Shown here piece by piece: positions 48,132 to 59,900 of a stretch of 64,000 bases of DNA. The DNA is taken from assembly GCA_004431415.1 (NCBI GenBank), contig QPMI01000170.1:1-64000 (forward strand), written 5' to 3'. A program made the position numbers and the translations under genes. This stretch comes from Cyanophora paradoxa CCMP329 (lineage: Eukaryota > Plantae > Glaucophyta). The notes below the pieces were generated by a model. The model was not told the origin of the DNA. It made no database searches and worked only from the letters and a program-made list of their open reading frames with translations. Every line of letters starts with the position of its first letter. The stretch's first letter is position 1.

Positions 48132-50093
48132 ATGGCGGCGCTCTCGCCGATGGTTCGAGACAGGTCTGCGTGGCTTCCGCTGTACTGCTCTGCTGCTTGC
48201 TGATGCTGTGCTAGGCTGGCTCAGTTTCTTGGGCTCAGCTCCCAAATCTCCGATGAGCGGGCTCTCGTCACGCCTCGCGGACACAGAGAAAGGGATCTCG
48301 CAATCCTGCGCGCGATGGACCCGGCGGACGCGCTCCGGGTCCTCGAGTACGCTATCGGTGAGCAGGCCGGGCAACCCTGCGGCCGACAACCGCCGGCTCA
48401 CGCCGCCGCAGAGCGCTCGGCGAACATCACGAATCCGGCTCGGTACCTGTCGGACCTGCTGGACCGGATCAAGCGCGGGAAGTGCAACCCGCAGCAGAAC
48501 CTGCGCCTCAAGTCGGACCCGGAGCCGTCCCCCGAGGCCCTCGACTCGGCGCGCGGCCCCGGTGCGCAGCGCGCCGGCGCCGCGGCTCGTGCGCGCGTGC
48601 CGGCGGGGCGCGAGGGGGCGGGGCGCAGTGGACGAGCGTCTGGCGGGGCGCGTGGAGCTGCAGCTCTTCTCGATCAGCTGCCGCGAGAGCTGGGGCGCCT
48701 ACCCCCGCAAGGTCGAGCTCTCCGAGAAGACCACCGAAATCGTCAAGCGCGCCCCGGCCGCGCCCCCGGCCGCGCCCGGCGGGGGGCTGAGGGGGCGGGG
48801 CGCAGGCGGCTGACGCCATCGGTGGCGCTGGACCTGCTGGGGCGCTTCACGGGGGCGCTCGAGAACGGGGACGCGCGCAACGGGGCCGTCTCCCAGGTCG
48901 AGGACCCCGACGCCTGGCTCTACCGCTCCGCCCGCATGCGCCTCGGCCCGCCCCGCCCGCCCCGCCCGCCCCCGCCGCCACGCGCTGAGGCGCTGCGGGG
49001 CAGAGGTCGGGTGCTTCGGGTGCGGGGGGCCGCACCTGCAGAAGGAGTGCCCGGTGCGGCCGGAGGAGCGGGGGACGCCGGCGAAGATCCTCCGCGAGAT
49101 CGAGAGCATGATGACCCCGCGGGAGGCCCCCGAGGCCGCCCACACGCCCCGCCGCCCTCCCTCGCCACCCGCGCCACCCCCACCCCGCCCCCGCCACCCC
49201 GCGCGCCCCCGACCAGCACTCCTCCCCCGCCGCCCCCGCTCCGCGCCCCGCCCCGCCCCGCGCCCTTCTCCCCGGGGCCGCCGCGAGCCCCGCGCGGGCG
49301 GGCGTGCCGCGGCTGCCGCTCGGCGGCCTCTCGCCCGGCGAGCGCCGGGGCCGGGGCGGCGTTCCGGAGGCCCGCGCCGCCGGCCGCCCCTTCTTTTCCC
49401 CTCGGGCAGCAGCGAGGGCAGCCCGCGCGCCCCCGCCCCCGCCCCCGCCCCCGCCCCAGCCCGCCCCGGCCCCGCGCGGCCCCTCATCCCTCCCCTTGCC
49501 CTCGCCCGCATCGGGGCGGGGAGTGGGGCGGGGAGGCCGGCGGGGCGGGCGGGGCGGGGGCGGAGGAGGCCTCGGCGGCCTTCAAGCTGACCCTCGCCCA
49601 CGCCAAGGCCGCCCCCTTCGTGCCCCGCCTCAAGCTCCCCGCTGCCGCCCCCGCCGCCCCGCACCCGGCCGCCCCGCCCCGCCCCCGCCCCCGCCCCCGC
49701 CCCCGGCCCAGCCCCTTCTCTCACCCCCAACCCGCACCGGCACCCGCCCCCGCCTCTGCTCCCGCCTCTACCCCTGCGCCTGCGCCTGGCCCTGTCGCCA
49801 GCCCTCCTCCCTGCGCCCCGGCGGCGGGGCATCGGCGGCGGCGTCGCCCGGGGCGGGGCGGGGAGGATGCGGGGGCGCTGCGGGCGGAGCTGGAGCGCAC
49901 GCGGGCGGAGCTGGCGGCGGTGCGGGCGGAGCGGGACGAGGCGCTGCAGGAGCTGCGCGCCTCGCTCCTGCGCGAGCGCGAGGCGGCGGCGCAGTGCGAC
50001 GCCTACGAGCGCGAGTGGAGCCGCATCCTCCGCGAGATCACCGGGGCCGCCCCCGAGCCCGCCGCCCCCCGCGGCTCCCTCACCGCCCGCTAG
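48132..50093 (+). CDS. Putative RNA-binding protein: helical repeats, CCHC zinc knuckle, PAM2-like motif, C-terminal coiled coil
   Basis: CFGCGGPHLQKEC (~49011-49050), AKAAPFVPR, LRAELERTRAELAAVRAERDEALQEL. Exon joins partly uncertain. Confidence 0.55.
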
Positions 50094-50901
50094 CCCCCCG
50101 CCCGGGCCCATGTGCGCCGCCCAGCGCGCGAAAGCAAGAGTTCTTTCAAGGCCTTTCACTTAGTCACCGGCCTTCCGATACTCCAACTTGATCGCTCCGA
50201 CGGCCGCAGGGCCTGCCTAAGTGGGTTTGGAGGGTGCACGTGGGTCCGACGTCGACGGTCTTGTCGGGATTCACGATCACTGCCCCATCTGCCTGCGGGG
50301 CCGGGCATGCCATGAGGCGCCGGGCCCCACACTAATCATGAGTCCCCCCGGCGGCCCTTCATGGAAATCTTCGACGGTCGTGCCACGGTGCAGCTTGGCA
50401 GCCGCTGAGGCTTGAAGCGCTGGATCATGATCACCGTCGGAAACAGCTCCTTACGCACGACCGTCGGACTCAGTGACTTGCCAAGTTCTGAACCTGCGGC
50501 GCCGGGCCTTCGATGTCTTTGAACTTCCGAAGTTCGGAATCACTCCAAGTTTAATTTCGGAGTCTCGGAGGCCATTATAATCGAGCATATGGCACTGCGC
50601 GCATAAGGGCCCCGCGGCATACCGTATTCAATCTTTACTCTAGCACTAGTTTCAATTTAATTTTTCCATTCAAACAACTATGTACGTAGTTTATTAGCAA
50701 GAGAACAACTATACAGGTATAGGTAGTTACGTACTCACAGAACTGAAACTGTACACGGCGTAGCTACAGGGGCTCGAGCGGCGTGGCACTGCGCGATTGG
50801 AGGCCCGCTCCCTACATGGACGACTAGGAACGCAAATGAAAGCAAAAGTGAAAATCAGAAACGCAAATTCAGCAGAAGGCAGGGCGCGAAAGCCGCCATA
50901 G

Positions 50902-53900
50902 CTAGGCGGGCCCGCCGGAAATGGCGCCGGGGAGCGGGGCGTGGGCGGGGCGGGGCGAGGGGGCCGGCGGGGTACCGGCCGCCTCCTGGCGCTCGGGGGC
51001 GGAAATGGCGGCCCAGGGCCCGGCCTCGAGGGGGGCGCGCTTCCCCGAGCCCCCGCCGCGATCCGTGCCGGGCTCGGGCGTGCCCGCCCCGCCGGCCGCC
51101 AGCTCGCTCCGCGCCCGCACCGCCGCCGTCGCCACGGGCCGGCGCCGCTGCCGCGCCGCCCCCGCCGGGGCCTCGCCGCCGCGCGCCGCCGCCGCTGCAG
51201 CGTCGGCCTCGCGGCGGGCGAGCTCGAGGTCGGCGTCGTCCTCCCCGGCCCGGGGCCCGCCCCGCCCGCCACCCCCGCCACGGCGCTCCACGACGCCCGC
51301 CGCCGCCCCGCCCCAGCCCCGCCGATCGGCGCGAAGCGCGCCGCGGGGACGATGAGGGGCGGCAGCTGCCGGGGGACCCCGAGGCCTCGCGCGGGGCCGG
51401 GGCCGGCCCCGCCTCGCCCATCGCCCAGAGCGGGGCGACGCGGGCGAAGGCCTGATCCGCGAAGTCCACGGGGGCGGCGCTGGCGGCCTCCTCGGCGCTG
51501 GCGCTGGAGAGGGAGGAGAGGGGCGGGTCGAGGGCGGAGTGGATGGGCCGCCGCGTGCCCCCCGACTCCTCGCTCTCCGACCCCTCCCCCGCCCCCTCGC
51601 CCTCGCCGTCGCCGTCGGGGCGGTCGCTGCTGGCCGGGGCGGGGCCGACGTGGAGGAGGGCCGGGCCGTGGGCGGAGCCGTCGGCGCTGGTGAAGTCGGT
51701 CTCGGCGGGGCTCACGGGGCCCAGCCAGCTGGCGCTGGAGCCGCGCCGGCTGCGCCCCGCGAGCCCCAGCGCCGCCTCCTTCTCGTCGGCGGAGCGGCGC
51801 CGGGCGAGGGCCGCCTCGCGCGCCGCGAAGCGGTCGAGGTCGGTCTTGCCGGAGCGGTGCGTGAGGATGGCGTCTCGCCCGTCGTTCGCCCCGCTCAGCA
51901 GCTCGTCGAGCTTCTCCACGATCTCGTACCGCCGCTTCACCTCCCTGCCCGCCCCCTCGGCCCCCGCCACGCGCCGCGGGGCGGGGCGGGGGGGGCGCAC
52001 TCGAATCGGGCGAGGAGGTCGTCGCGCCAGCGGGCGACGCCGGGGTGCCGCGCGGCGAGGCTCGCCACGATCTTCACCGCCCACTCCCGGAAGTACACGA
52101 ACAGGAAGAGCGCGATGAACAGCACCTGCCCGCACCCCGCTCGCCTCCCCGCCCCCGGAGGGCGAGGAGGGGGGCCGGGGCAGCGCACATTCAAAACGAT
52201 CAGCGTGTATGTGATGACGTCCTCGTCGACGCGGTCGAGGAAGTCGCGGTTGTACTGCCAGGCAGCGGGCATCAGAGGGGTCGGCGGGGGGCGGGGGGGC
52301 GAGGGGGCGGACGAAGAACAGTCCGGCGTAGACGGTTGTTCTTTGCGAGGCAGCGGGCATCAGAGGGGTCGGCGGGGGGCGGGGGGGCGAGGGGGCGGAC
52401 GTGGAGACGACGATGGCGCAGAGGTCGACGACGTCGAGCAGGTCGCTGTCCCACGGCGCCAGCTTCAGGTTCAGCACCATCGCTGCCCCCGCCCCGCCCC
52501 CTCAGCCCCGGCCCCGCGGGGGCGCCGGGGGGCGCGGGGGCGGGGCACCGGCGAGGAGGATGCCGAGGCCGATGAGGCCCTGGATCTGCGGCCTTCCGTC
52601 CAGCACGGACACGACCAGCGCGATGAGCAGCTTGCGGATGATGACGACGATCTCCCAGTACCAGCACCGCTGCTCGTACCCTGCACCGCCCCGCCCCCGC
52701 CTCGCCACCCGGGGCGCGGGCGGGCGGCCCTCGGGGGGGGGGGGGGGGGGGGGGGGGGAAGGGGGCACCTCTGTAGAGGAAGGAGAACTTGCGCTTGATG
52801 GCGGGGTCGTTCAGGCGGTTGCGGTTCCTGCGGGGGGCGCCCCTCAGGCCCCCGCACGCCCCACGGGGGCGCCAGGCGACCCCGAGTTCGGAGCCAGGGG
52901 CGACGAGTGCGCGGCTGGGGGCCCCGAGCGAGGCGTGCGGACCTGAAGAGGATGAAGAAGGTGCCGAGGGGGATGCCGAAGCCGTAGACGACGATGGCGG
53001 GGGCCCCCAGGCCCCACTGCCACACCTTGAACTCCAGCGTGTTGCAGTCCACCTCTGCCCCCGCGCGTCACTCCACCGCAAGAAGAGCACTCGACAAAGG
53101 GATTACTCATATCCTGCTGGAGGAACGACGCGCCCCCGCCCAGGTCCCGGCACGAGAAGAGCTGCCGCGCGCCGGCCGCGCGCGTCAGGCCGGGGCGGGG
53201 GCGGGGGAGGGGCGGGGCCGGCAGGGGATAAACTTTAAACATCTTCTGGGTGATCTGGGGGTGGATGAGGTAGAGGGTGACGACGACGGAGACGTAGTAG
53301 TTGTCGCGGGCGTGCGAGTGGGCCTTGGCCGTCTCCGCCTCCGAGGGGGCGCGGCCCCTGCGCCAGCACTGCAGGCGGTGCCAGGCCGGCTGGGCGACGA
53401 GGATGGCGGCGGGGAGGAGGACGCAGAGGAGGGGGATGGAGACGAATCCGACGACCCGGGCGTAGAAGGGGCGAATAACCCGGGAAAACGCTGACGTGTT
53501 GAGGTCGAACCTGTTACGCGATAGTTAACGCGAAGGATAGCTTAACGCGAAGCCCACGGTGGGGGGCCGGGATGATTGAGCACATGCAATCTAACGAAAG
53601 CATCGAGTCCCTGCTCATGATCATGATCAGCGCCGGGGGCCGTGGATGGGGTGGGGGCGGGGCGGGGGCGGGGGGCGGGCGGACAGGGGGGAGGCGACGG
53701 AGGTCTGGACGTCGAGCATGTCCTTGACGACGCCGGGCCAGCGGATCTGGAAGCCCTTGGCCATGGAGACGATCTGGAGGTAATCTGTGAAAATTTTGAC
53801 GAGGATGCCGCCCCGCTCCTCCTTGATGCTCTTCGAGAAGGACTTGATGTGCTTGCGGATCATGAACGACGCCACGAGCTGCGCCCCGGCGCCGCCCCGC

Positions 53901-56900
53901 CACTCACACTCGCCCCGCCCCGCCCCCACGCCCCCCGAGGCGGCGCACGATGAGGAAGAGGACGACGAGGACGGCGATGAGGCGGGAGAGGGTCGGCTCG
54001 GGGCACGTCTGGCAGTCGTAGTCCGAGCGCCGGCCGTAGCCCTCGACGCAGACGGCGCAGAGGTTCCCCTCGTAGCCGAAGGCGCAGGGCCTAGCGAGGG
54101 CAAAGAACTGGGCGTTGGTGAGGTTCGCCGCGACGAGGTCCGCGGCGCGCGTCGCGTTGAGGACGCCCTCCGCGTAGTCCGACAGGCACGCCTTGTTCAC
54201 GCACTCGATGAACTTGTGCGGGTCGTACTGCCGGCCCCGTCACGCGCGCCGGGCGCCGCGCGCAGGGGGGACGGCCCCGCGCACCGGGCTCTGCCAGTAG
54301 CCCCTCTGCGGGCGCACGTCGCTGCCGCCGAAGAGGCAGTTGGCGCCGGCGGGGCACGGGCGGCACTCCTTCCCCCTGAAGTCCCTGTCCTCCAGGCTGT
54401 ACGTCCCCGGCGGGCACAGCCTGCGAGGCGGGGCCCCGTGAGGCAAAGGGCGCGCGCCCGCAGCCAACCGCGCCCACCGGCAGTAGGAGCAGGTCGGGCA
54501 GTACGCCTGCGGGCGAAGGGAGGGCCTCAGGGGTCGCGCGGGAGAGGCGGGGCGGGGCGGGGCGGGGCGGGCGGGCCTTGTTCTCCTCGAGGACCTCGCC
54601 GCGCATGCAGTGGCGGAGGGGGAGGGTCGTGGAGGCGGTGAGGAGGCTCCCGTCGGGGAAGGTCGCCGTGAAGACAATCTCCGCCGTCACGCCGGGCTGA
54701 GCGATCACCTGCCGGCCCGTCCCGCGCCCGTCAGCCCCGCGGGGGCGGCCTGGAGCGCGCTGGCGGAGGGGGCGGGGGCGCCTGGAGGTCCTTGAACTCG
54801 GCGACGCCCTCCACCGTCGCCATCTGCGCCGTCCCCGCTGCCCCCCGCCCCCGCTCACCCCACCGCCCCGCCCCCCGGCACTGCCGCGCCGCACCGACGC
54901 TGGCGTTGCCGGTGGCGGTGACGGCGACGACGGCGCCGGTGGCGGTGCGGACGATCTGGTTGAAGCTGTCGCGCAGCTCGACCTTGTAGTAGAGCGGCAT
55001 GCGCGAGGCCGGCGTCGTCTCGTTGTGCGGCGGCGTCGCGTTGCGCGGCCCGAAGAGGACCACCCGCCGCGGCACCGCCGCGATGCCCCCGCCGAAGCGG
55101 CCGCGGTTGCCCTCGAGGCTCGTGAAGTACTCGGAAGGCCCGGCGGCGAGGGAGGCGAAGGGCGCGCAGGCCGCAGGGTCCTTCGCGTCCACGAAGAAGG
55201 CCCCTGCGCCGCCCCGCGCACCGTTCGGCCCGAGGCGCCCGGGAGCGAGGGGGCGGGGGGCGGGGGGGCGGGGGCGCACCGCCGCCGCCCGTGGCGACGT
55301 TGTTCTGGACGGCGACGGCGCGGATGCTGATGGCCTCGCAGCTGGCGGGGCGGACGTAGGCCCCCGCCCCGTCCGTCGCCTGGTTCTTGCTGATCTGCGC
55401 CCCCGCGAGGGCGAGGGTGCCCGCCTCGTAGAAGAAGCCCCCGCCGCGCCCCCCCGCCGTGTTCTCCGCCAGCTGCACGCCCCGCAGCAGCCGCACCGTC
55501 CCGCCCGTCTGCAGCAGCCCCGCCCCGTTCCCCGTCGCCACGTTGAACCCGATGAGCACCACCTCGCCCCCGACGGCGGGCGACGCCCCCGTCCCGTTCG
55601 CCGACTGCAGCAGCGCCCGCCGCCGGCCCCCGCCCGCCTCCTCCACCCCCGCCGTGAAGCGCGCCGTGTTGAGGACGGCGACGCCGGCGCCGGCGTCGGC
55701 GCGGTTGGAGGTGACGAGGGTGCCGGGAAGGAGGGTGCAGGAGGAGTTGGAGGCGGCTGCGATGCCGCCGCCGGTGCCGTCGGGGCGGGCCTCCTTGCCG
55801 CGGCTCGCCGCCAGGTTCACCGTCACCGCCGTCCCGTTCAGCACGGCCGCCGCCTCGCCCTCGAGGAGGATGCCGCCCCCGCGCGCCGCCTGGTTCCCCG
55901 AGACGGCGCCCCCGCGGATGGCGAGGCGGGCGCGGGTGCCGGCGAGGATCGCCCCGCCCCCCGCCTCGGCGACGTTGCGGGAGAGGGAGACGCCCTCCAG
56001 CGCCAGGTTCGCGTCCTGCGCCCCCCTCAGCCCCCGCCGTGGCCGCGGGGGCGAGAGGGGGGCGGGGACGGGGGCGGGCCTGGTCGACGAAGACGGCGCC
56101 GCCGCGGTCGGCGGAGCCCGACTCGACGGAGCTCGCGGTGAGGCTGCACGCCGACGACTTCATGCACCACAGCGCCCCGCCCTGCCCCCCCCCCGCCCCC
56201 GTCGCGTCAGGCGGCGCCACAGCGGCGGGGCGCGGGGGCGCACGTTGGCCTGTGCGACGTTCCTGCGGAGGAGGCAGCCGACGAGGGCGGGGGCGGCGCG
56301 GAGCACGGCGGCGAGGGCCCCGCCGTTCTCGGTGGCGGTGTTGGCGGTGAGGGAGGAGTTCTCGAGGCGGGCCCAGCCGACGTTGTCGGTGAGGTAGAGG
56401 GCGCCGCCGGCGGAGAGGGCGCGGTTCGACTCGAAGGCGCACGCGCGCACGAGCAGCTCCCCGTTCTCCTTGAGCAGCGCCCCCCCGTTGTTCTTCGCCT
56501 CGTTCAGCGCGAACGAGGCCGACGTGATCTCCAGCCGGACGTCGGCGACGGAGGTGACGAGGGCGACGGCGCCCCCGTCCTGCGCCTCGTTGCGCGTGAA
56601 GCTCGCCCCGGCGAAGCGGATGGTGCAGCGGCGCTCGGCGTCGACGAGGAGGGCGCCGGCGGCCTGCCCCGCCGAGTTGCCCCGGAAGGTCACCCCCGAG
56701 GCGGCGAGGTCGAGCTGCGAGACGACGAGCGCCCCGCCCGAGGCCCCCGCCGCGTTGCCCACGAACGAGACCGACTCCATCCGCGCCGGCGCCGCCACCG
56801 CCCCGTCCGTCGCCAGCCGCGCGGCGCCGCCCTTGGCGCCCGAGTTCTTGGTGAAGGAGGTGCGGGCAACGAGGGAGGTGGCGGGGCCCGAGAGGCGGGC

Positions 56901-59900
56901 GTCGATGGCGCCACCCTCCGTCGTGCGCCCCGCCTCGTCGTCGGCCGGCCAGCCGTTGCCCGCGAAGGAGCACTCCTCCACGACGAGGGCCTGGGCGCCC
57001 ACGGAGAGGGCCCCGCCCCGCTGCCCCGCGTTCGCCGCGAACGAGGAGCCCCGGACGGCCACCAGGGAGGCCTTCTCCGCCCAGACCGCCCCCCCGCCCC
57101 GCATCTGGCCGCCCCCGGACTGCACCTCCACGTTCCCCGCGAAGCTCGAGTTCTCCACGCGGAGAGTCCAGCCCGGCCCCTCCTTCCCCTCGTAGCTCAC
57201 GGCGCCGCCCCCGCCGAGGCTCGGGAAGGGCGCGCCGCCGTTGTCGTTGTCGGCGGCGTTGCGCTCAAAGGCGCAGAGGCGGAGGGCGGCGTCGGCGACC
57301 TGCACGGCGGCGACGGCGCCGCCCTTGACGAGCGCCGAGTTGCCCTCGAAGCGCGACCCCGCGACGAGGAGGCGGTCGAGGGAGGCGGCGAGGAGGGCGC
57401 CCCCGCCCTCGGTGCGCGGCGCCGGCATCTCCTTCAGCGCCTGCCCGCGGTCGGCGTTCCCCACGAACTCGCACCCCTCGAAGGCGGCGGCGCCGAGCTC
57501 AGCCAGCAGCGCCGCGCCGCCCCCGGCGAGGCCCGCCCACTCGGCGCTCGCCGCGGCGGCGCAGCCCGAGAAGCGGGCGGCGCGGAAGGCGGCGGAGGCG
57601 TTGCGGTGGGCGCCGAGGAGGGCGAGGCAGCCGCCGGCGCCGCCGCCGGCGTCGGGGGTGCCGGTGGCGTTGCAGGCGGCGAGCTCGAGGTCCTCGGCGA
57701 CGAGGGGGCCCCCGAGGCCGGCCACGGAGAGGCAGCCGCCGTTGCCGCCGAGGGCGCGGCTGCCGGCGACGGAGACGGAGCGGAGGAGGACGGAGGCGAC
57801 GGCCTCGAGGGCGACGCTGCCGCCGTCGCCGGCCGCCGCGTCCCCCTCGAAGGCGCACCCCTCGAGGCGCACCTCGCCGGCCACGTCCGACGCGTGCAGC
57901 GCCCCGCCCGAGGCCCCCGCCGCCCCCGCCCCGTTCCCCGCGAACCGCGAGTCGCGCACGGCGAGCGAGGCGGCGGCGACGACGGAGACGGCGCCGCCGC
58001 GGGGGAAGGCGGGGAGCTTGGCGGCCAGCGTCGTCCCCTCCACGCGGAGCCCCTCCAGCACGACCGCCCCGCCCGCCCGCCCGCCGCGCCCCGCACCGCC
58101 AGCGCCCCGAACGAGGCCGGCGCCGCGGCCGAGGAGGCCCGCGTGAGGGTGACGTCGCGCGCGGTCAGGGGCCCCGCGAGGCCGGAGACGGCGAGGCCGC
58201 CGGCGGCGGCGGGGTCGCCGGGCTCGTTCTCGACGGCGAGGGCGCGGAGGGAGGCGGAGCGGAGGGCGTGGAGCGAGGCGGCGCCCCCCGCGCAGGCCAC
58301 CATGCGCACCCCCTCCGCCACCACCTCGAGCGAGGCGGCGCCCTCGGGCCCGCCGCGAAGAGCGCCCCCGGGCCGCCTCCGGGTAGGAGCCGCGGCGGTC
58401 GCGGGCGAGGCAGCGGGTGCAGTTGACGTCGCGGAGGCTGAGGCGGCGGGCGAGGCGCGTGAGGGCGATGCCGCCGGCGGCGCTCGCGTTGGCGCGCGCG
58501 CTGGCGACGGCGACGCCGGCGAGGTCGACCTCCGCCGCGCCGGCCACCTCCAGCGCCCCGCCGGGCTCCTCGAGACGCACCCCGCCAGCGTCACCGACTC
58601 GGCCCCCGGCGCCCGCCCCTCGACCAGCACCGCCGCCACGGGCGCCCCCGACGCGGCGGCGGGCCCGGGGAGGACGCAGCGGGAGAAGTTGGAGGCGGAG
58701 AGGGCAAGGGAGGCGCCGAGGGAGCGGACGGCGAGGCAGCCGCCGGCGCTGCCGTCGAAGGAGGCGCGGGCGAGGCTCACGCGGGCGCCCCGGAGAGGGC
58801 GAGCGGGCCGCCGGCGTCGGCGAAGGCGAGGCGGTCGAAGGCGAGGGGGCCGGCCGCCGGGCGCGCCGCCACGGCGAAGGCGGCGGCGGCGGGGCCGCGC
58901 AGGGCGGGGGCGACGCAGCGGGAGAAGTTGGAGCCCGAGACGGCGAGGGCGCCGGCGAGGTCGGCGATGGCGACACAGCCGGCGGCCGCCGGGGAGGCCG
59001 AGTCGAAGGAGAGGGCCGCGAGGGCGACGTCGGCGGCCCCGGCGAGGGCGAGGCCCCCGCCGGCGCTCCCCTCGAAGACGCTCGACTCGACGGCGGCGCG
59101 CTGCATGCCCCCGGGGGCCGCCGCGACGTCCACGGCGGCGCCGGCGGCGGAGGAGCAGGCGCGCACGAGCGAGTCGCGGAGGGTGAAGGAGCCAGTGAGG
59201 CCGGCCACGAAGACGGCCCCGCCCGAGCCAAGCGCCGCCGAGGCGCCGCTCACGCTGACGCCGACGAGGGCGACCTCGCTGGCGTTGACCACCGCGATGC
59301 TGCCCCCGTGCAGCGCGCTCCCGTCCCCCGCGAAGCTCGTCCCCTCGATCCGCACCCGCGCCACGCCGGCGGCGTACAGCGAGCCGCCCCCGGCCGGCGG
59401 CAGCTCGCCGGGGGCCGGGGCGGCCGGGGCGAACGAGTTGCCGGCGAAGGCGCAGTCGCGCACCGTCAGCTCGGCCACGTTGCGCACCGCGAGCGCCCCG
59501 CCGCCCCCGCCGCCGCCGGCCGCGGCGGGGGCGAGGGTGCAGTTGGTGAAGCGGACGCGCTCGACGAGGACGCGGGCGCGCGGGGCGGGGGCGCTGCTGA
59601 AGACGAGGAGGGCGCCGCCCTCGCGCTCGGAGGAGCGGGCGTTGGCGAAGGAGAGGTCGCGGACGACGAAGGTGCCCGCGAAGTCGCCGAGGTCGACCGC
59701 CACCACCCGGCCCCGCGCCCCCGAGTCCACGATCGAGTAGGCCGCCCCCGAGAGGCCCCGCCACGTCACGTTCGCCCCCGCGGGGAGGTCCCCCGGCAGG
59801 CGGAAGAGGATGTTGGCGTTCGTGCCCTCCCGGCCGCCGTCCGCCTGGGGGAGGGCGAGGAGGCGGCCCGGCATGAGGACGACCTCGACGCTCCCGTTGC

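Noticed and set aside
58080-58800. Frame switches without introns in the giant gene (also near 13112 and 37500), possible programmed frameshifting or pseudogenisation
   Set aside because: Those I checked (~13112, ~37500, ~58580, ~58790) lie in G/C homopolymers and are fixed by a one-base indel, the usual long-read consensus error; the ~58370 switch is less clear. Raw reads would settle it.
56160-59800. Chlamydial Pmp-like repeats as a bacterial insert or contamination
   Set aside because: They lie within an intron-containing gene with host composition and a eukaryote-type TM domain; no autotransporter barrel is visible.
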